A DNA stretch of 64,000 nucleotides from Cyanophora paradoxa CCMP329 (lineage: Eukaryota; Plantae; Glaucophyta). The notes below the pieces were generated by a model, which had not been told where the DNA came from, made no database searches, and was given only the letters and a program-made list of their open reading frames with translations. The position numbers were made by a program, and so were the translations under genes. Shown one piece after another: positions 12,637 through 26,100 of this stretch. The stretch covers positions 1 through 64,000 of the forward strand of contig QPMI01000627.1 in NCBI GenBank assembly GCA_004431415.1, written 5' to 3'. How positions within the stretch are numbered: the stretch's first letter is position 1; every line of letters begins with the position of its first letter.

Positions 12637-15600
12637 CTAGGCGTCTTCGCCGGCGAGCTCGTCGGCGGCGTCGAGGCCGGCCGCCAGCTCTGCCGCCAGC
12701 GCCTCCTCCTCGAACTCCGCCTCCCAGTCCGCCGAGAGGGCCTGCGCCGCGCCGCGCCGGGCCGGGCCGGGGGTGAGAGGGGGCGGGGGCGGGGGGCGGA
12801 GGGGCGGGGGCGGGCGCACGTCGTCGATGAAGTGCTCCTCGGCGGCGAGGAGCGGCTCGACGTCGAGCGCCAGGAGCTTCCCCGACTTGTCCGCCGAGGG
12901 GCCCTTGTCCGCGTCCGGGCCCTTGTCCCCGGGGCCCTTGTCGCCGTTCCCTTGGCCCGTCGTCTCAGCCGTCACCTGCGTGTTCTCGGGCGCGCTAGTC
13001 GTGGTGTTCTCGGGCTGGCCGGTCGTGATGTTCTCGGGCTGGCCAGTCGTGATGTTCTCGGGCGCGCCAGTCGTGATGTTCTCGGGCAGGCCGGTCGTGA
13101 TGTTCTCGGGCTGGCCGGTCGTGATGTTCTCGGGCTGGCCAGTCGTGATGTTCTCGGGCTGGACGGTCGTGGTGTTCTCGGGCTGACCGGTCGTGATGTT
13201 CTCGGGCTGGCCAGTCGTGATGTTCTCGGGCTGGCCGGTCGTGGTGTTCTCGGGCTGGACGGTCGTGGTGTTCTCGGGCTGGACGGTCGTGGTGTTCTCG
13301 GGCTGACCGGTCGTGATGTTCTCGGGCTGGCCAGTCGTGATGTTCTCGGGCTGGCCGGTCGTGATGTTCTCGGGCTGGCCAGTCGTGATGTTCTCGGGCT
13401 GGCCGGTCGTGATGTTCTCGGGCTGGTCGGTCGTGATGTTCTCGGGCACCCTGTCAAAGTTAACGTTGCGGTTCCGCCCGCAGTTGACATACTCGTCGTT
13501 CTCCAGGTAACCGTCGCGGTCTCCGGCCGCCCAGTACTGCACGCTCTGGTACTCCTGGCCTGCGCGCGCGACCGCTCGCCTCTGCGCGGTGCCAGCCCGG
13601 CAGGGCGACCGCGGGGCGCCGCACCGTCGTAGAGCATCAGAGCTGCCTCCGCCTGCTCCAGGCTGACGGGGAAGCTGCTGTTCTCGGTGGCGGTGACGAG
13701 GTCGTCCGCCGTGACGGTGTCCTTGTTCGCGAAGAGGGCCTTCCACGTCGCCTGCTCGCCCGAGTAGTTGTACGAGTCCTGCACGGTGCGCAGCAGGATG
13801 TAGCCGAGCTGCGAGCTGCGCGCCGGTCAGGCTCCACGCTTCCGGCAGCAGCGCTTGGGCGTAGGGACGCACCCGTAGTCGTCGCTGGCAATGGCCTTGT
13901 AGGCAGCCTCCTTCTCGGCAGCGTGGCACTTGTCGGGCGTCGGCTCGGGCGTCGGGGTCGGCTCGGGCGTCGGGGTCGGCTCGGGCGTCGGGGTCGGCTC
14001 GGGCGTCGGGGTCGGCTCGGGCGTCGGGGTCGGCTCGGGCGTCGGGGTCGGCTCGGGCGTCGGGGTCGGCTCGGGCGTCGGGGTCGGCTCGGGCGTCGGG
14101 GTCGGCTCGGGCGTCGGGGTCGGCTCGGGCGTCGGGGTCGGCTCGGGCGTCGGGGTCGGCTCGGGCGTCGGGGTCGGCTCGGGGTCGTCCACGTCGTCGG
14201 GCCCCGGCGTGGGCTCGTCGGGCTTGTCGGCGCAGTCGTCGACGGTCTTGTCGGCGGTGGCGCGGGCGGCCTCCTCGGCGGCGAGCTCGGCCTGCTGCAC
14301 CTGGCGCTGAACGTCCTCGTACTTGTTCCTGACGTTGGCCGCCGCCCGCTCCATGATCTGCTCCGCCTCCTCGAAGCCCATGCCGAGCTCCGCCGCCCGC
14401 TCCACCGCGTCCTCCCGGATCGCCCGCAGCTCCTCCGCCGCCTTCTGCGACAGCCGCTCCACCTCCCCCCGCTCCGCCTCCAGCTTCGCGATCCGCTCCG
14501 GGAAGGCCCGCTGCTTCGCCTCGAGCTGCGCCAGCTTCGCCGCGTCCGGGCCGCCCTCCTTGAGCGTCTCGGCCTGGACCTGCTCGTTGACCTTGGCCGC
14601 CTCCGCGTTCACCCGCTGCATCGCCCGCTCGATCTCCTGCCCCCGCTCCGACCGCTCCAGCGCCTGCGCCGCGCGCCCCCGGCGGACCCGTCACGCCCCG
14701 CCGCCCCGCCGCCCCCGCCTCGCGGGGCGCGCACCTCGATGACGACCTTCTCGAAGCGGGCCTTGAGGACCTCGAAGATGCCCTTGGCGCTCGTGTCCGT
14801 CTCGTCCACCACGTCCTCCGCGCTCTTGTAGTGCACCCCGTTCTCTGCCCGCCCCCGCGTCCCGTCACGCCCCCGCCTACGCGCGCCGTGCCGCCCCCGC
14901 CCCCGCCCCGGGGCCCGCACCGAGCTCCGCCGGCTCGTACTTGCCGTCGGACCCGATGACGCACTTGCCGGCGACCAGCACGTCGGCCGCCTGCGCGCCG
15001 CGCGCCGCCGGGGGTCGGCCCGCCGCCCCGCCGCCCCCGCCCCGCCCCGCGCGCCGCCGGGCGGACCTTGTCGATGCACTGGATCTCGTTGCTCGCGAGG
15101 TGGCCCTTGAAGGCCGCCTTTTGCTCGTCGGTGAGCTTGCAGACGTTGTTCTGCGAGATCCGCAGCAGCGGGCACTTCTGGAAGACCGACTTGTACTTGA
15201 CGTCCCTGCGCCGCCCGCCCGGTCGGCCGGCGGCCCCCGGGGGCGCCCCGCGGCGGCGCGCACAGCTCGATGATGCCCGTCGGCTTGTACACGATCTCGC
15301 CCTTGGCGTTGTACTCCTCGTGGAAGCTGCGGCGGGGCGTCGGCGGCCGCCGCGCGGGGGCCGGCGCCGGGCCGGCGGCGCACGTGACCGTGTCGGGGCG
15401 GATCTCGCCCTCGCGGTGCCAGTCGTTGGTCTTCTCCACCACGTACTTGGCGTCCCCCACAGGCTTCTCCTCCGTCTTCTCGTGCTGCGTCGTCTTCTCC
15501 TCGCCCTTCTGCCGGTCGTCGTTGTGCTGCCGGATGTACGCTGCGCGGAGCGTTGGACCAGCTGCGGCCACGGGCGGGGGAGGCATCACTCACTGTTGAT

Positions 15601-17328
15601 CTGGCCGAGCTCGGCACCAGGCTGGATGCTGCGCGGCCCGCGTCTCAGCGGCCGCTCGACAGGCGGCGCCGCGCGCGGGGGGGCGACGCACTAGTAGCCG
15701 GTGATGTCCGCCTGATCGGTCTGCTCGTACGTGCCCTTGCCGTACTCGATACCGTCCTGCGTCCACTCCTTGGTGCACTCCTTGGAGATCGGCTGCTTCC
15801 ACTTGAGCGTGTGCTTCTCGTCGTACTTCAGCTCGAAGTCCTGCGGCGCGACGGCGTCAAACGGGCTGGCGGCGGGGTCGACCGGCAGCGCAAACGGACC
15901 TGCTTGGCGATGGTCTGGACCTCGCAGGCCGTGATGTCCTCGGTCTTGACGACGTTGAAGTTGACGTCCGCCTTGAACAGCGACTCGATGCCGATGTTCT
16001 TGGCAGCCATCGCCTTCAGGAGGCCCTTCGGGAGCGTGTTCTGGCACTGCGCTCGGATCCGCGTTAGGAAGTGCCGCAGGGGGCCGAATCGCCGTCGCCC
16101 GCACCAGGCGGGGGATGCTGTCGTCGACGTGGAGCTTGTACTGCTTGAAGTCCTTGTGCTCCACCTCCTGCAGCGAGTTGACCTTCAGCTCGACGTTCTC
16201 GATCACGAGGTTGTCGCAGGTCTTCTCCTCAGTGTACTCCTTCGGCCCCTTGTCTGCACACGAAGGGCGCTCAGCGAGGGGCCGAAGCCTCGGTGAAACA
16301 GAGCGGCGCCGCACCCTTCATCCCGCAGGTCGCGGTGCCGCACTTGCCGACCATGGGGCCCGTCGGCTTGAAGTCCTGGGTGTCCCACTGCGCCCCGCCG
16401 CCCCCGGCCCCGTCGGCGACGCCCACAGGCGTGGGGGGACACGGCCACGCACGTCCCAGGTGGTGGCGCCGGGCTGCCCCTTGATGACCTGGCCCTCGAT
16501 GATCTGCTTCTCGCCATAAACGACCTTGTCGACCTTGACCTGCTGCTTCGTCTCCAGGTGCCCTGCCCGGCACCGTCGGCCGCGAACGGCGCCCGCCGGG
16601 CGTGGGGAGACGGCGCACCCAGCTCGGTGACCGGGGTGACGATGTCGTCGTGGCCTGTGCGCTCGTACGGCTGCGTGATCCTGCGCGGCGGTCAGGCTGC
16701 ACAGCAGGCAGCGGGCGGCTGGGCGGGTTTGCCGCGCACTTCCAGGTGCCTGCGCGATGCTCAGGTCAGCCCGGCCACGCGAACAGTGCGCGTTTCCTCC
16801 AGATCTCGCGGCTCAAGCGCGCACCGGAGCGCTCGGCATCGGCCGTGTACTTGGCTTCACCAGTGATCTTGAGCTCTCCGGGCTTCTGGATCTCTCCAAT
16901 GACCTTGAAGGGCCGCACGAAGTCGACCTGCTTCACGTGGAAGCCGTCCTGCGGCACCTCGCACTGGCCCTTATCGGTCGCCGCTGCAGCCGAGCGAGCG
17001 TCAACTCGCGCAACGCGACCCGGCAAAGAAAGCACGCACGCTTCGTCATGTCATACTGCACGAGGAAGTTCTGCCCCAGCTGTCGGTAAGCGACCCAGCG
17101 CGGCGCCGCAGGCCATTCCAATGAGACGCTCACCGCCTGCTCGTCCTCCGGAAGGCTCGCGTAGTACGCGGCCGAGTCGTCTCCGCGCGTCTCGGTGCCA
17201 TAGAGCTCCAGGTCCACCGTGAACTGCGGCTGCGGCTGCGGCTCGCCCTCGCCGAAGGTCTCCACCCCGACGGCGACGGGCGGGCTCCCGCCCAGGTGCT
17301 GAAGGGGCTTGTCGTCGTCGTGGCCCAT
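12637..17328 (-). CDS. Unknown large protein family, copy A: acidic N-terminus, long Cys-containing beta-rich region, coiled coil, (TPTPEP)n, EF-hand-like pair, (PENITTGQ)n, acidic tail
   Basis: Exons join in frame across GT-AG introns from MGHDDDKPL to ..[12 protein letters not shown]; homologous to 18290-22145, 23107-26980 and 58110-62179. Confidence 0.8.
12975..13446 (-). repeat. Coding 24-nt minisatellite, ~20 units encoding PEN[IT]TT[GV]Q
   Basis: Directly visible tandem ctggccggtcgtgatgttctcggg-type units; present only in copy A. Confidence 0.95.
13935..14182 (-). repeat. Coding 18-nt minisatellite, ~13 perfect units encoding TPTPEP
   Basis: Tandem gggcgtcggggtcggctc; absent from copies B and C at the homologous site. 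Confidence 0.95.
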
Positions 17329-18289
17329 GCTGCTCTAACGTCGCTATCGCCGCTGAAAGCTTACACGCTTGGCTACGGTCGTTCCAACACCGGCGCCGGG
17401 CCGCACGGTAGCCGGGCTGTGCAACCCGCGGCTGGCCGCGCTGCTGCTGCTGCGCGTGGGAGGCTGGGAGGCAGAAGGCACTCAGTGACTGCAGCTGGGA
17501 GGCTGGGAGGCAGGCTGGGAGCTCGAGCTGCTAGCGCTGCTGCGCTGCCAGTGCCTGCCACTGCCTGCCAGCAGCGCTGGTCGACGTCGCCGAGTCGCTC
17601 GACGACCGTACGTATACGCGTCGGACAAGTCGTCGACAACGTTAACTCGACGTACGTCAGACGCTGCAGCTCCTGCAGCCTGCAGCTGGTGCTGGGAGTC
17701 GCCGGAGAGGTTACTAGGAAGCTACTGGGAGACCGACTTTTTTGAGTGGGATGAAGATCTAAGGGGGTACGCTCCTCGCTTCCGAGCATCGTGGCAGAAA
17801 TTCGCGCGAAGTCTAGATCTCGAGCTCTGCGCGTGCGAAAATCGGTTCGCGCGGCCCGGCGCGGCTGAGAAACTTTTGAAAATTCGTGAAAATTCTCGCC
17901 GCGCGCGCGCGCGGCACACGCGCACGCAGCCCCCCGGGACGATGGCGCGCGCGCGCATGCTGCAGTGCATGCATGTGCATGGCGTGCAAGTGTTGTCGTG
18001 CTAATTTTAACTAGTGCTAATTCAATGATCATGATCGCGGACGGAGTCGCGGTCACCGGGTGCTAGCGCTGGCTTTGTGAGTGCAGCCTCCGCAGCGCAC
18101 TGCGGCCGCGGCAGTATCGCGGTGCAGAGACCGTGAGACATAATATAAATATACCAATAGCTAACGTATAACTGTTTAGCTGGATCCTGCAAGGATCGCT
18201 AAATTATAACTGCACTGTACAGCTGCGGCGGACGCAAGGCAGCTTCCGAATATAGCGTAGGATGATCCTGGCAATTCGGTATCAAGGGT

Positions 18290-21200
18290 CTACGCGTCGT
18301 CCGCGGCGAGCTCGTCGATGGCGTCGAGGCGCGCGGCGGCCGCGAGGTCCGCTTCGAGGGCGTCCTCCGCGAGCTCGACGTCCCCGTTCGCCGAGAGGCT
18401 CTGCACGCACGGCGTCAGGCGCGCCGGAACACGCGTGTGCGGCAGGCAGCGAGGCGGCGAGGCGGCGCACGTCGGCGGCGCCCTCCTCCTCCACGAGGGG
18501 CTCGGTGTCAAGAAGCCTGTCGACGTTGACGTTGCGGTTCCGCCCGCAGTTGACGTACTCGTCGTTCTCCAGGTAGCCGTCGCGGTCGCCGGCCGCCCAG
18601 TACTGCACGCCCTGGAACTCCTGGCCTGCGCGCGCGACTGCTCGCCCCGACGCGAAGCGAGAGCGAAGGCGACCGCGGGGCGCCGCACCGTCGTAGAGCA
18701 TCAGAGCTGCCTCCGCCTGCTCCAGGCTGACGGGGAAGCTGCTGTACTCGGTGGCGGTGACGAGGTCGTCCGCCGTGACGGTGTCCTTGATCGCGAAGAG
18801 GGCCTTCCACGTCGCCTGCTCGCCCGAGTAGTTGTACGAGTCCTGCACGGTGCGCAGCAGGATGTAGCCGAGCTGCGAGCTGCGCGCCGGTCAGGCCTCC
18901 CGTCCACGGCGGCCGAACTCTGGGGCAGAGACGCACCCGTAGTCGTCGTTCGCGATCGCCTTGTAGGCAGCCTCCTTCTCGGCAGCGTGGCACTTGTCCG
19001 GCTTCGGGTCGTCCACGTCGTTGGGCTCCGGCCCGGCGTGGGCTCGTCGGGCTTGTCGCCGCAGTCGTCGACGGTCTTGTCGGCGGTGGCGCGGGCGGCC
19101 TCCTCGCGGCGAGCTCGGCCTGCTGCACCTGGCGCTGAACGTCTCGTACTTGGTCCTGACGTTGGCCGCCGCCCGCTCCATGATCTGCTCCGCCTCCTCG
19201 AAGCCCATGCCGAGCTCCGCCGCCCGCTCCACCGCGTCCTCCGGATCGCCCGCAGCTCCTCCGCCGCCTTCTGCGACAGCCGCTCCACCTCCCCCGCTCC
19301 GCCTCCAGCTTCGCGATCCGCTCCGGGAAGGCCCGCTGCTTCGCCTCGAGCTGCGCCAGCTTCGCCGCGTCCGGGCCGCCTCCTTGAGCGTCTCGGCCTG
19401 GACCTGCTCGTTGACCTTGGCCGCCTCCGCGTTCACCCGCTGCATCGCCCGCTCGATCTCCTGCCCCGCTCCGACCGCTCCAGCGCCTGCGCCGCGCGCC
19501 CCGGCGGACCCGTCACGCCCGCCGCCCGCCGCCCCCGCCTCGCGGGGCGCGCACCTCGATGACGACCTTCTCGAAGCGGGCCTTGAGGACCTCGAAGATG
19601 CCCTTGGCGCTCGTGTCCGTCTCGTCCACCACGTCCTCCGCGCTCTTGTAGTGCACCCCGTTCTCTGCCGCCCCCGCGTCCCGTCACGCCCCCGCCTACG
19701 CGCGCCGTGCCGCCCCGCCCCGCCCCGGGCCCGCACCGAGCTCCGCCGGCTCGTACTTGCCGTCGGACCCGATGACGCACTTGCCGGCGACCAGCACGTC
19801 GGCCGCCTGCGCGCCGCGCGCCGCCGGGGGTCGGCCCGCCGCCCCGCCGCCCCGCCCCGCCCCGCGCGCCGCCGGGCGGACCTTGTCGATGCACTGGATC
19901 TCGTTGCTCGCGAGGTGGCCCTTGAAGGCCGCCTTTTGCTCGTCGGTGAGCTTGCAGACGTTGTTCTGCGAGATCCGCAGCAGCGGGCACTTCTGGAAGA
20001 CCGACTTGTACTTGACGTCCCTGCGCCGCCCGCCCGGTCGGCCGGCGGCCCCCGGGGGCGCCCCGCGGCGGCGCGCACAGCTCGATGATGCCCGTCGGCT
20101 TGTACACGATCTCGCCCTTGGCGTTGTACTCCTCGTGGAAGCTGCGGCGGGGCGTCGGCGGCCGCCGCGCGGGGGCCGGCGCCGGGCCGGCGGCGCACGT
20201 GACCGTGTCGGGGCGGATCTCGCCCTCGCGGTGCCAGTCGTTGGTCTTCTCCACCACGTACTTGGCGTCCCCCACAGGCTTCTCCTCCGTCTTCTCGTGC
20301 TGCGTCGTCTTCTCCTCGCCCTTCTGCCGGTCCTCGTTGTGCTGCCGGATGTACGCTGCGCGAAAGTTTGGAACCAGCTGCGGGTATGGGCGGGGGAGGC
20401 ATCACTCACTGTTGATCTGGCCGAGCTCGGCACCGGGCTGGATGCTGCGCAGCCCGCGTCTCTCAGCAGGCGCTCGATGGCGGCGCCGCGCGCGCGGGTG
20501 CGACGCACTAGTAGCCGGTGATGTCCGCCTGGTCGGTCTGCTCGTACGTGCCCTTGCCGTACTCGATACCGTCCTGCGTCCACTCCTTGGTGCACTCCTT
20601 GGAGATCGGCTGCTTCCACTTGAGCGTGTGCTTCTCGTCGTACTTCAGCTCGAAGTCCTGCGGCGCGACGGCGTCAGACGGGCTCGCGGCGGGGGCGACC
20701 GGCAGCGCAAACGGACCTGCTTGGCGATGGTCTGGACCTCGCAGGCCGTGATGTCCTCGGTCTTGACGACGTTGAAGTTGACGTCCGCCTTGAACAGCGA
20801 CTCGATGCCGATGTTCTTGGCAGCCATCGCCTTCAGGAGGCCCTTCGGGAGCGTGTTCTGGCACTGCGCATCGGATCCGCGTCAGAAATAGCCGCAGGGG
20901 GCCGAATCGCCGTCGCCCGCACCAGGCGGGGGATGCTGTCGTCGACGTGGAGCTTGTACTGCTTGAAGTCCTTGTGCTCCACCTCCTGCAGCGAGTTGAC
21001 CTTCAGCTCGACGTTCTCGATCACGAGGTTGTCGCAGGTCTTCTCCTCAGTGTATTCCTTCGGCCCTTGTCTGCACATGAAGCGCGCTCAGCGAGGGGCC
21101 GCAAGCCTCGGTGAAACAGAGCGGTGCCGCACCCTTCATCCCGCAGGTCGCGGTGCCGCACTTGCCGACCATGGGGCCCGTCGGCTTGAAGTCCTGGGTG

Positions 21201-22145
21201 TCCCACTGCGCCCCGCCGCCCCGGCCCCGTCAGCGACGCCCGCGGCCCTCGGGGGGACACGACCACGCACGTCCCAGGTGGTGGCGCCGGGCTGCCCCTT
21301 GATGACCTGGCCCTCGATGATCTGCTTCTCGCCATAGACGACCTTGTCGACCTTGACCTGCTGCTTCGTCTCGAGGTGCCCTGCGCCGCACCGTCGGCCG
21401 CGACCGGCGCCCGCCGGGCGTGGGAGACGGCGCACCCAGCTCGGTGACCGGGGTGACGATGTCGTCGTGGCCCGTGCGCTCGTACGGCTGGGTGATCCTG
21501 CGCGGCGGTCAGGCTGCACAGCAGGCAGCGGGCGGCTGGGCGGGTTTGCCGCGCACTTCCAGGTGCCTGCGCGATGCTCAGGTCAGCCCGGCCACGCGAA
21601 CAGTGCGCGTTTCCTCCAGATCTCGCGGCTCAAGCGCGCACCGGAGCGCTCGGCATCGGCCGTGTACTTGGCTTCACCAGTGATCTTGAGCTCTCCGGGC
21701 TTCTGGATCTCTCCAATGACCTTGAAGGGCCGCACGAAGTCGACCTGCTTCACGTGGAAGCCGTCCTGCGGCACCTCGCACTGGCCCTTATCGGTCGCCG
21801 CTGCAGCCGAGCGAGCGTCAACTCGCGCAACGCGACCCGGCAAAGAAAGCACGCACGCTTCGTCATGTCATACTGCACGAGGAAGTTCTGCCCCAGCTGT
21901 CGGTAAGCGACCCAGCGCGGCGCCGCAGGCCATTCCAATGAGACGCTCACCGCCTGCTCGTCCTCCGGAAGGCTCGCGTAGTACGCGGCCGAGTCGTCTC
22001 CGCGCGTCTCGGTGCCATAGAGCTCCAGGTCCACCGTGAACTGCGGCTGCGGCTGCGGCTCGCCCTCGCCGAAGGTCTCCACCCCGACGGCGACGGGCGG
22101 GCTCCCGCCCAGGTGCTGAAGGGGCTTGTCGTCGTCGTGGCCCAT
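18290..22145 (-). CDS. Unknown large protein family, copy B (several 1-nt deletions in 19030-19400 and near 21063; probably assembly errors)
   Basis: Nearly identical to copy C including introns; ends ..RLDAIDELAADDA*. Confidence 0.7.
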
Positions 22146-23106
22146 GCTGCTCTAACGTCGCTATCGCCGCTGAAAGCTTACACGCTTGGCTACGGTCGTT
22201 CCAACACCGGCGCCGGGCCGCACGGTAGCCGGGCTGTGCAACCCGCGGCTGGCCGCGCTGCTGCTGCTGCGCGTGGGAGGCTGGGAGGCAGAAGGCACTC
22301 AGTGACTGCAGCTGGGAGGCTGGGAGGCAGGCTGGGAGCTCGAGCTGCTAGCGCTGCTGCGCTGCCAGTGCCTGCCACTGCCTGCCAGCAGCGCTGGTCG
22401 ACGTCGCCGAGTCGCTCGACGACCGTACGTATACGCGTCGGACAAGTCGTCGACAACGTTAACTCGACGTACGTCAGACGCTGCAGCTCCTGCAGCCTGC
22501 AGCTGGTGCTGGGAGTCGCCGGAGAGGTTACTAGGAAGCTACTGGGAGACCGACTTTTTTGAGTGGGATGAAGATCTAAGGGGGTACGCTCCTCGCTTCC
22601 GAGCATCGTGGCAGAAATTCGCGCGAAGTCTAGATCTCGAGCTCTGCGCGTGCGAAAATCGGTTCGCGCGGCCCGGCGCGGCTGAGAAACTTTTGAAAAT
22701 TCGTGAAAATTCTCGCCGCGCGCGCGCGCGGCACACGCGCACGCAGCCCCCCGGGACGATGGCGCGCGCGCGCATGCTGCAGTGCATGCATGTGCATGGC
22801 GTGCAAGTGTTGTCGTGCTAATTTTAACTAGTGCTAATTCAATGATCATGATCGCGGACGGAGTCGCGGTCACCGGGTGCTAGCGCTGGCTTTGTGAGTG
22901 CAGCCTCCGCAGCGCACTGCGGCCGCGGCAGTATCGCGGTGCAGAGACCGTGAGACATAATATAAATATACCAATAGCTAACGTATAACTGTTTAGCTGG
23001 ATCCTGCAAGGATCGCTAAATTATAACTGCACTGTACAGCTGCGGCGGACGCAAGGCAGCTTCCGAATATAGCGTAGGATGATCCTGGCAATTCGGTATC
23101 AAGGGT

Positions 23107-26100
23107 CTACGCGTCGTCCGCGGCGAGCTCGTCGATGGCGTCGAGGCGCGCGGCGGCCGCGAGGTCCGCTTCGAGGGCGTCCTCCGCGAGCTCGACGTCC
23201 CCGTTCGCCGAGAGGCTCTGCACGCACGGCGTCAGGCGCGCCGGAACACGCGTGTGCGGCAGGCAGCGAGGCGGCGAGGCGGCGCACGTCGGCGGCGCCC
23301 TCCTCCTCCACGAGGGGCTCGGTGTCAAGAAGCCTGTCGACGTTGACGTTGCGGTTCCGCCCGCAGTTGACGTACTCGTCGTTCTCCAGGTAGCCGTCGC
23401 GGTCGCCGGCCGCCCAGTACTGCACGCCCTGGAACTCCTGGCCTGCGCGCGCGACTGCTCGCCCCGACGCGAAGCGAGAGCGAAGGCGACCGCGGGGCGC
23501 CGCACCGTCGTAGAGCATCAGAGCTGCCTCCGCCTGCTCCAGGCTGACGGGGAAGCTGCTGTACTCGGTGGCGGTGACGAGGTCGTCCGCCGTGACGGTG
23601 TCCTTGATCGCGAAGAGGGCCTTCCACGTCGCCTGCTCGCCCGAGTAGTTGTACGAGTCCTGCACGGTGCGCAGCAGGATGTAGCCGAGCTGCGAGCTGC
23701 GCGCCGGTCAGGCCTCCCGTCCACGGCGGCCGAACTCTGGGGCAGAGACGCACCCGTAGTCGTCGTTCGCGATCGCCTTGTAGGCAGCCTCCTTCTCGGC
23801 AGCGTGGCACTTGTCCGGCTTCGGGTCGTCCACGTCGTTGGGCTCCGGCCCCGGCGTGGGCTCGTCGGGCTTGTCGCCGCAGTCGTCGACGGTCTTGTCG
23901 GCGGTGGCGCGGGCGGCCTCCTCGGCGGCGAGCTCGGCCTGCTGCACCTGGCGCTGAACGTCCTCGTACTTGGTCCTGACGTTGGCCGCCGCCCGCTCCA
24001 TGATCTGCTCCGCCTCCTCGAAGCCCATGCCGAGCTCCGCCGCCCGCTCCACCGCGTCCTCCCGGATCGCCCGCAGCTCCTCCGCCGCCTTCTGCGACAG
24101 CCGCTCCACCTCCCCCCGCTCCGCCTCCAGCTTCGCGATCCGCTCCGGGAAGGCCCGCTGCTTCGCCTCGAGCTGCGCCAGCTTCGCCGCGTCCGGGCCG
24201 CCCTCCTTGAGCGTCTCGGCCTGGACCTGCTCGTTGACCTTGGCCGCCTCCGCGTTCACCCGCTGCATCGCCCGCTCGATCTCCTGCCCCCGCTCCGACC
24301 GCTCCAGCGCCTGCGCCGCGCGCCCCCGGCGGACCCGTCACGCCCCGCCGCCCCGCCGCCCCCGCCTCGCGGGGCGCGCACCTCGATGACGACCTTCTCG
24401 AAGCGGGCCTTGAGGACCTCGAAGATGCCCTTGGCGCTCGTGTCCGTCTCGTCCACCACGTCCTCCGCGCTCTTGTAGTGCACCCCGTTCTCTGCCCGCC
24501 CCCGCGTCCCGTCACGCCCCCGCCTACGCGCGCCGTGCCGCCCCCGCCCCCGCCCCGGGGCCCGCACCGAGCTCCGCCGGCTCGTACTTGCCGTCGGACC
24601 CGATGACGCACTTGCCGGCGACCAGCACGTCGGCCGCCTGCGCGCCGCGCGCCGCCGGGGGTCGGCCCGCCGCCCCGCCGCCCCCGCCCCCGCCCCCGCG
24701 CGCCGCCGGGCGGACCTTGTCGATGCACTGGATCTCGTTGCTCGCGAGGTGGCCCTTGAAGGCCGCCTTTTGCTCGTCGGTGAGCTTGCAGACGTTGTTC
24801 TGCGAGATCCGCAGCAGCGGGCACTTCTGGAAGACCGACTTGTACTTGACGTCCCTGCGCCGCCCGCCCGGTCGGCCGGCGGCCCCCGGGGGCGCCCCGC
24901 GGCGGCGCGCACAGCTCGATGATGCCCGTCGGCTTGTACACGATCTCGCCCTTGGCGTTGTACTCCTCGTGGAAGCTGCGGCGGGGCGTCGGCGGCCGCC
25001 GCGCGGGGGCCGGCGCCGGGCCGGCGGCGCACGTGACCGTGTCGGGGCGGATCTCGCCCTCGCGGTGCCAGTCGTTGGTCTTCTCCACCACGTACTTGGC
25101 GTCCCCCACAGGCTTCTCCTCCGTCTTCTCGTGCTGCGTCGTCTTCTCCTCGCCCTTCTGCCGGTCCTCGTTGTGCTGCCGGATGTACGCTGCGCGAAAG
25201 TTTGGAACCAGCTGCGGGTATGGGCGGGGGAGGCATCACTCACTGTTGATCTGGCCGAGCTCGGCACCGGGCTGGATGCTGCGCAGCCCGCGTCTCTCAG
25301 CAGGCGCTCGATGGCGGCGCCGCGCGCGCGGGTGCGACGCACTAGTAGCCGGTGATGTCCGCCTGGTCGGTCTGCTCGTACGTGCCCTTGCCGTACTCGA
25401 TACCGTCCTGCGTCCACTCCTTGGTGCACTCCTTGGAGATCGGCTGCTTCCACTTGAGCGTGTGCTTCTCGTCGTACTTCAGCTCGAAGTCCTGCGGCGC
25501 GACGGCGTCAGACGGGCTCGCGGCGGGGGCGACCGCAGCGCAAACGGACCTGCTTGGCGATGGTCTGGACCTCGCAGGCCGTGATGTCCTCGGTCTTGAC
25601 GACGTTGAAGTTGACGTCCGCCTTGAACAGCGACTCGATGCCGATGTTCTTGGCAGCCATCGCCTTCAGGAGGCCCTTCGGGAGCGTGTTCTGGCACTGC
25701 GCATCGGATCCGCGTCAGAAATAGCCGCAGGGGGCCGAATCGCCGTCGCCCGCACCAGGCGGGGGATGCTGTCGTCGACGTGGAGCTTGTACTGCTTGAA
25801 GTCCTTGTGCTCCACCTCCTGCAGCGAGTTGACCTTCAGCTCGACGTTCTCGATCACGAGGTTGTCGCAGGTCTTCTCCTCAGTGTATTCCTTCGGCCCC
25901 TTGTCTGCACATGAAGCGCGCTCAGCGAGGGGCCGCAAGCCTCGGTGAAACAGAGCGGTGCCGCACCCTTCATCCCGCAGGTCGCGGTGCCGCACTTGCC
26001 GACCATGGGGCCCGTCGGCTTGAAGTCCTGGGTGTCCCACTGCGCCCCGCCGCCCCCGGCCCCGTCAGCGACGCCCGCGGCCCTCGGGGGGACACGACCA

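Noticed and set aside
12975-14182. 24-nt and 18-nt repeats as a CRISPR array
   Set aside because: No unique spacers, in-frame coding repeats, eukaryotic context, no cas genes
19030-19400. Copy B as a frameshifted pseudogene
   Set aside because: Differences from copy C are almost all single-base deletions in G/C runs, including in introns, which is typical of long-read consensus error; needs short-read confirmation
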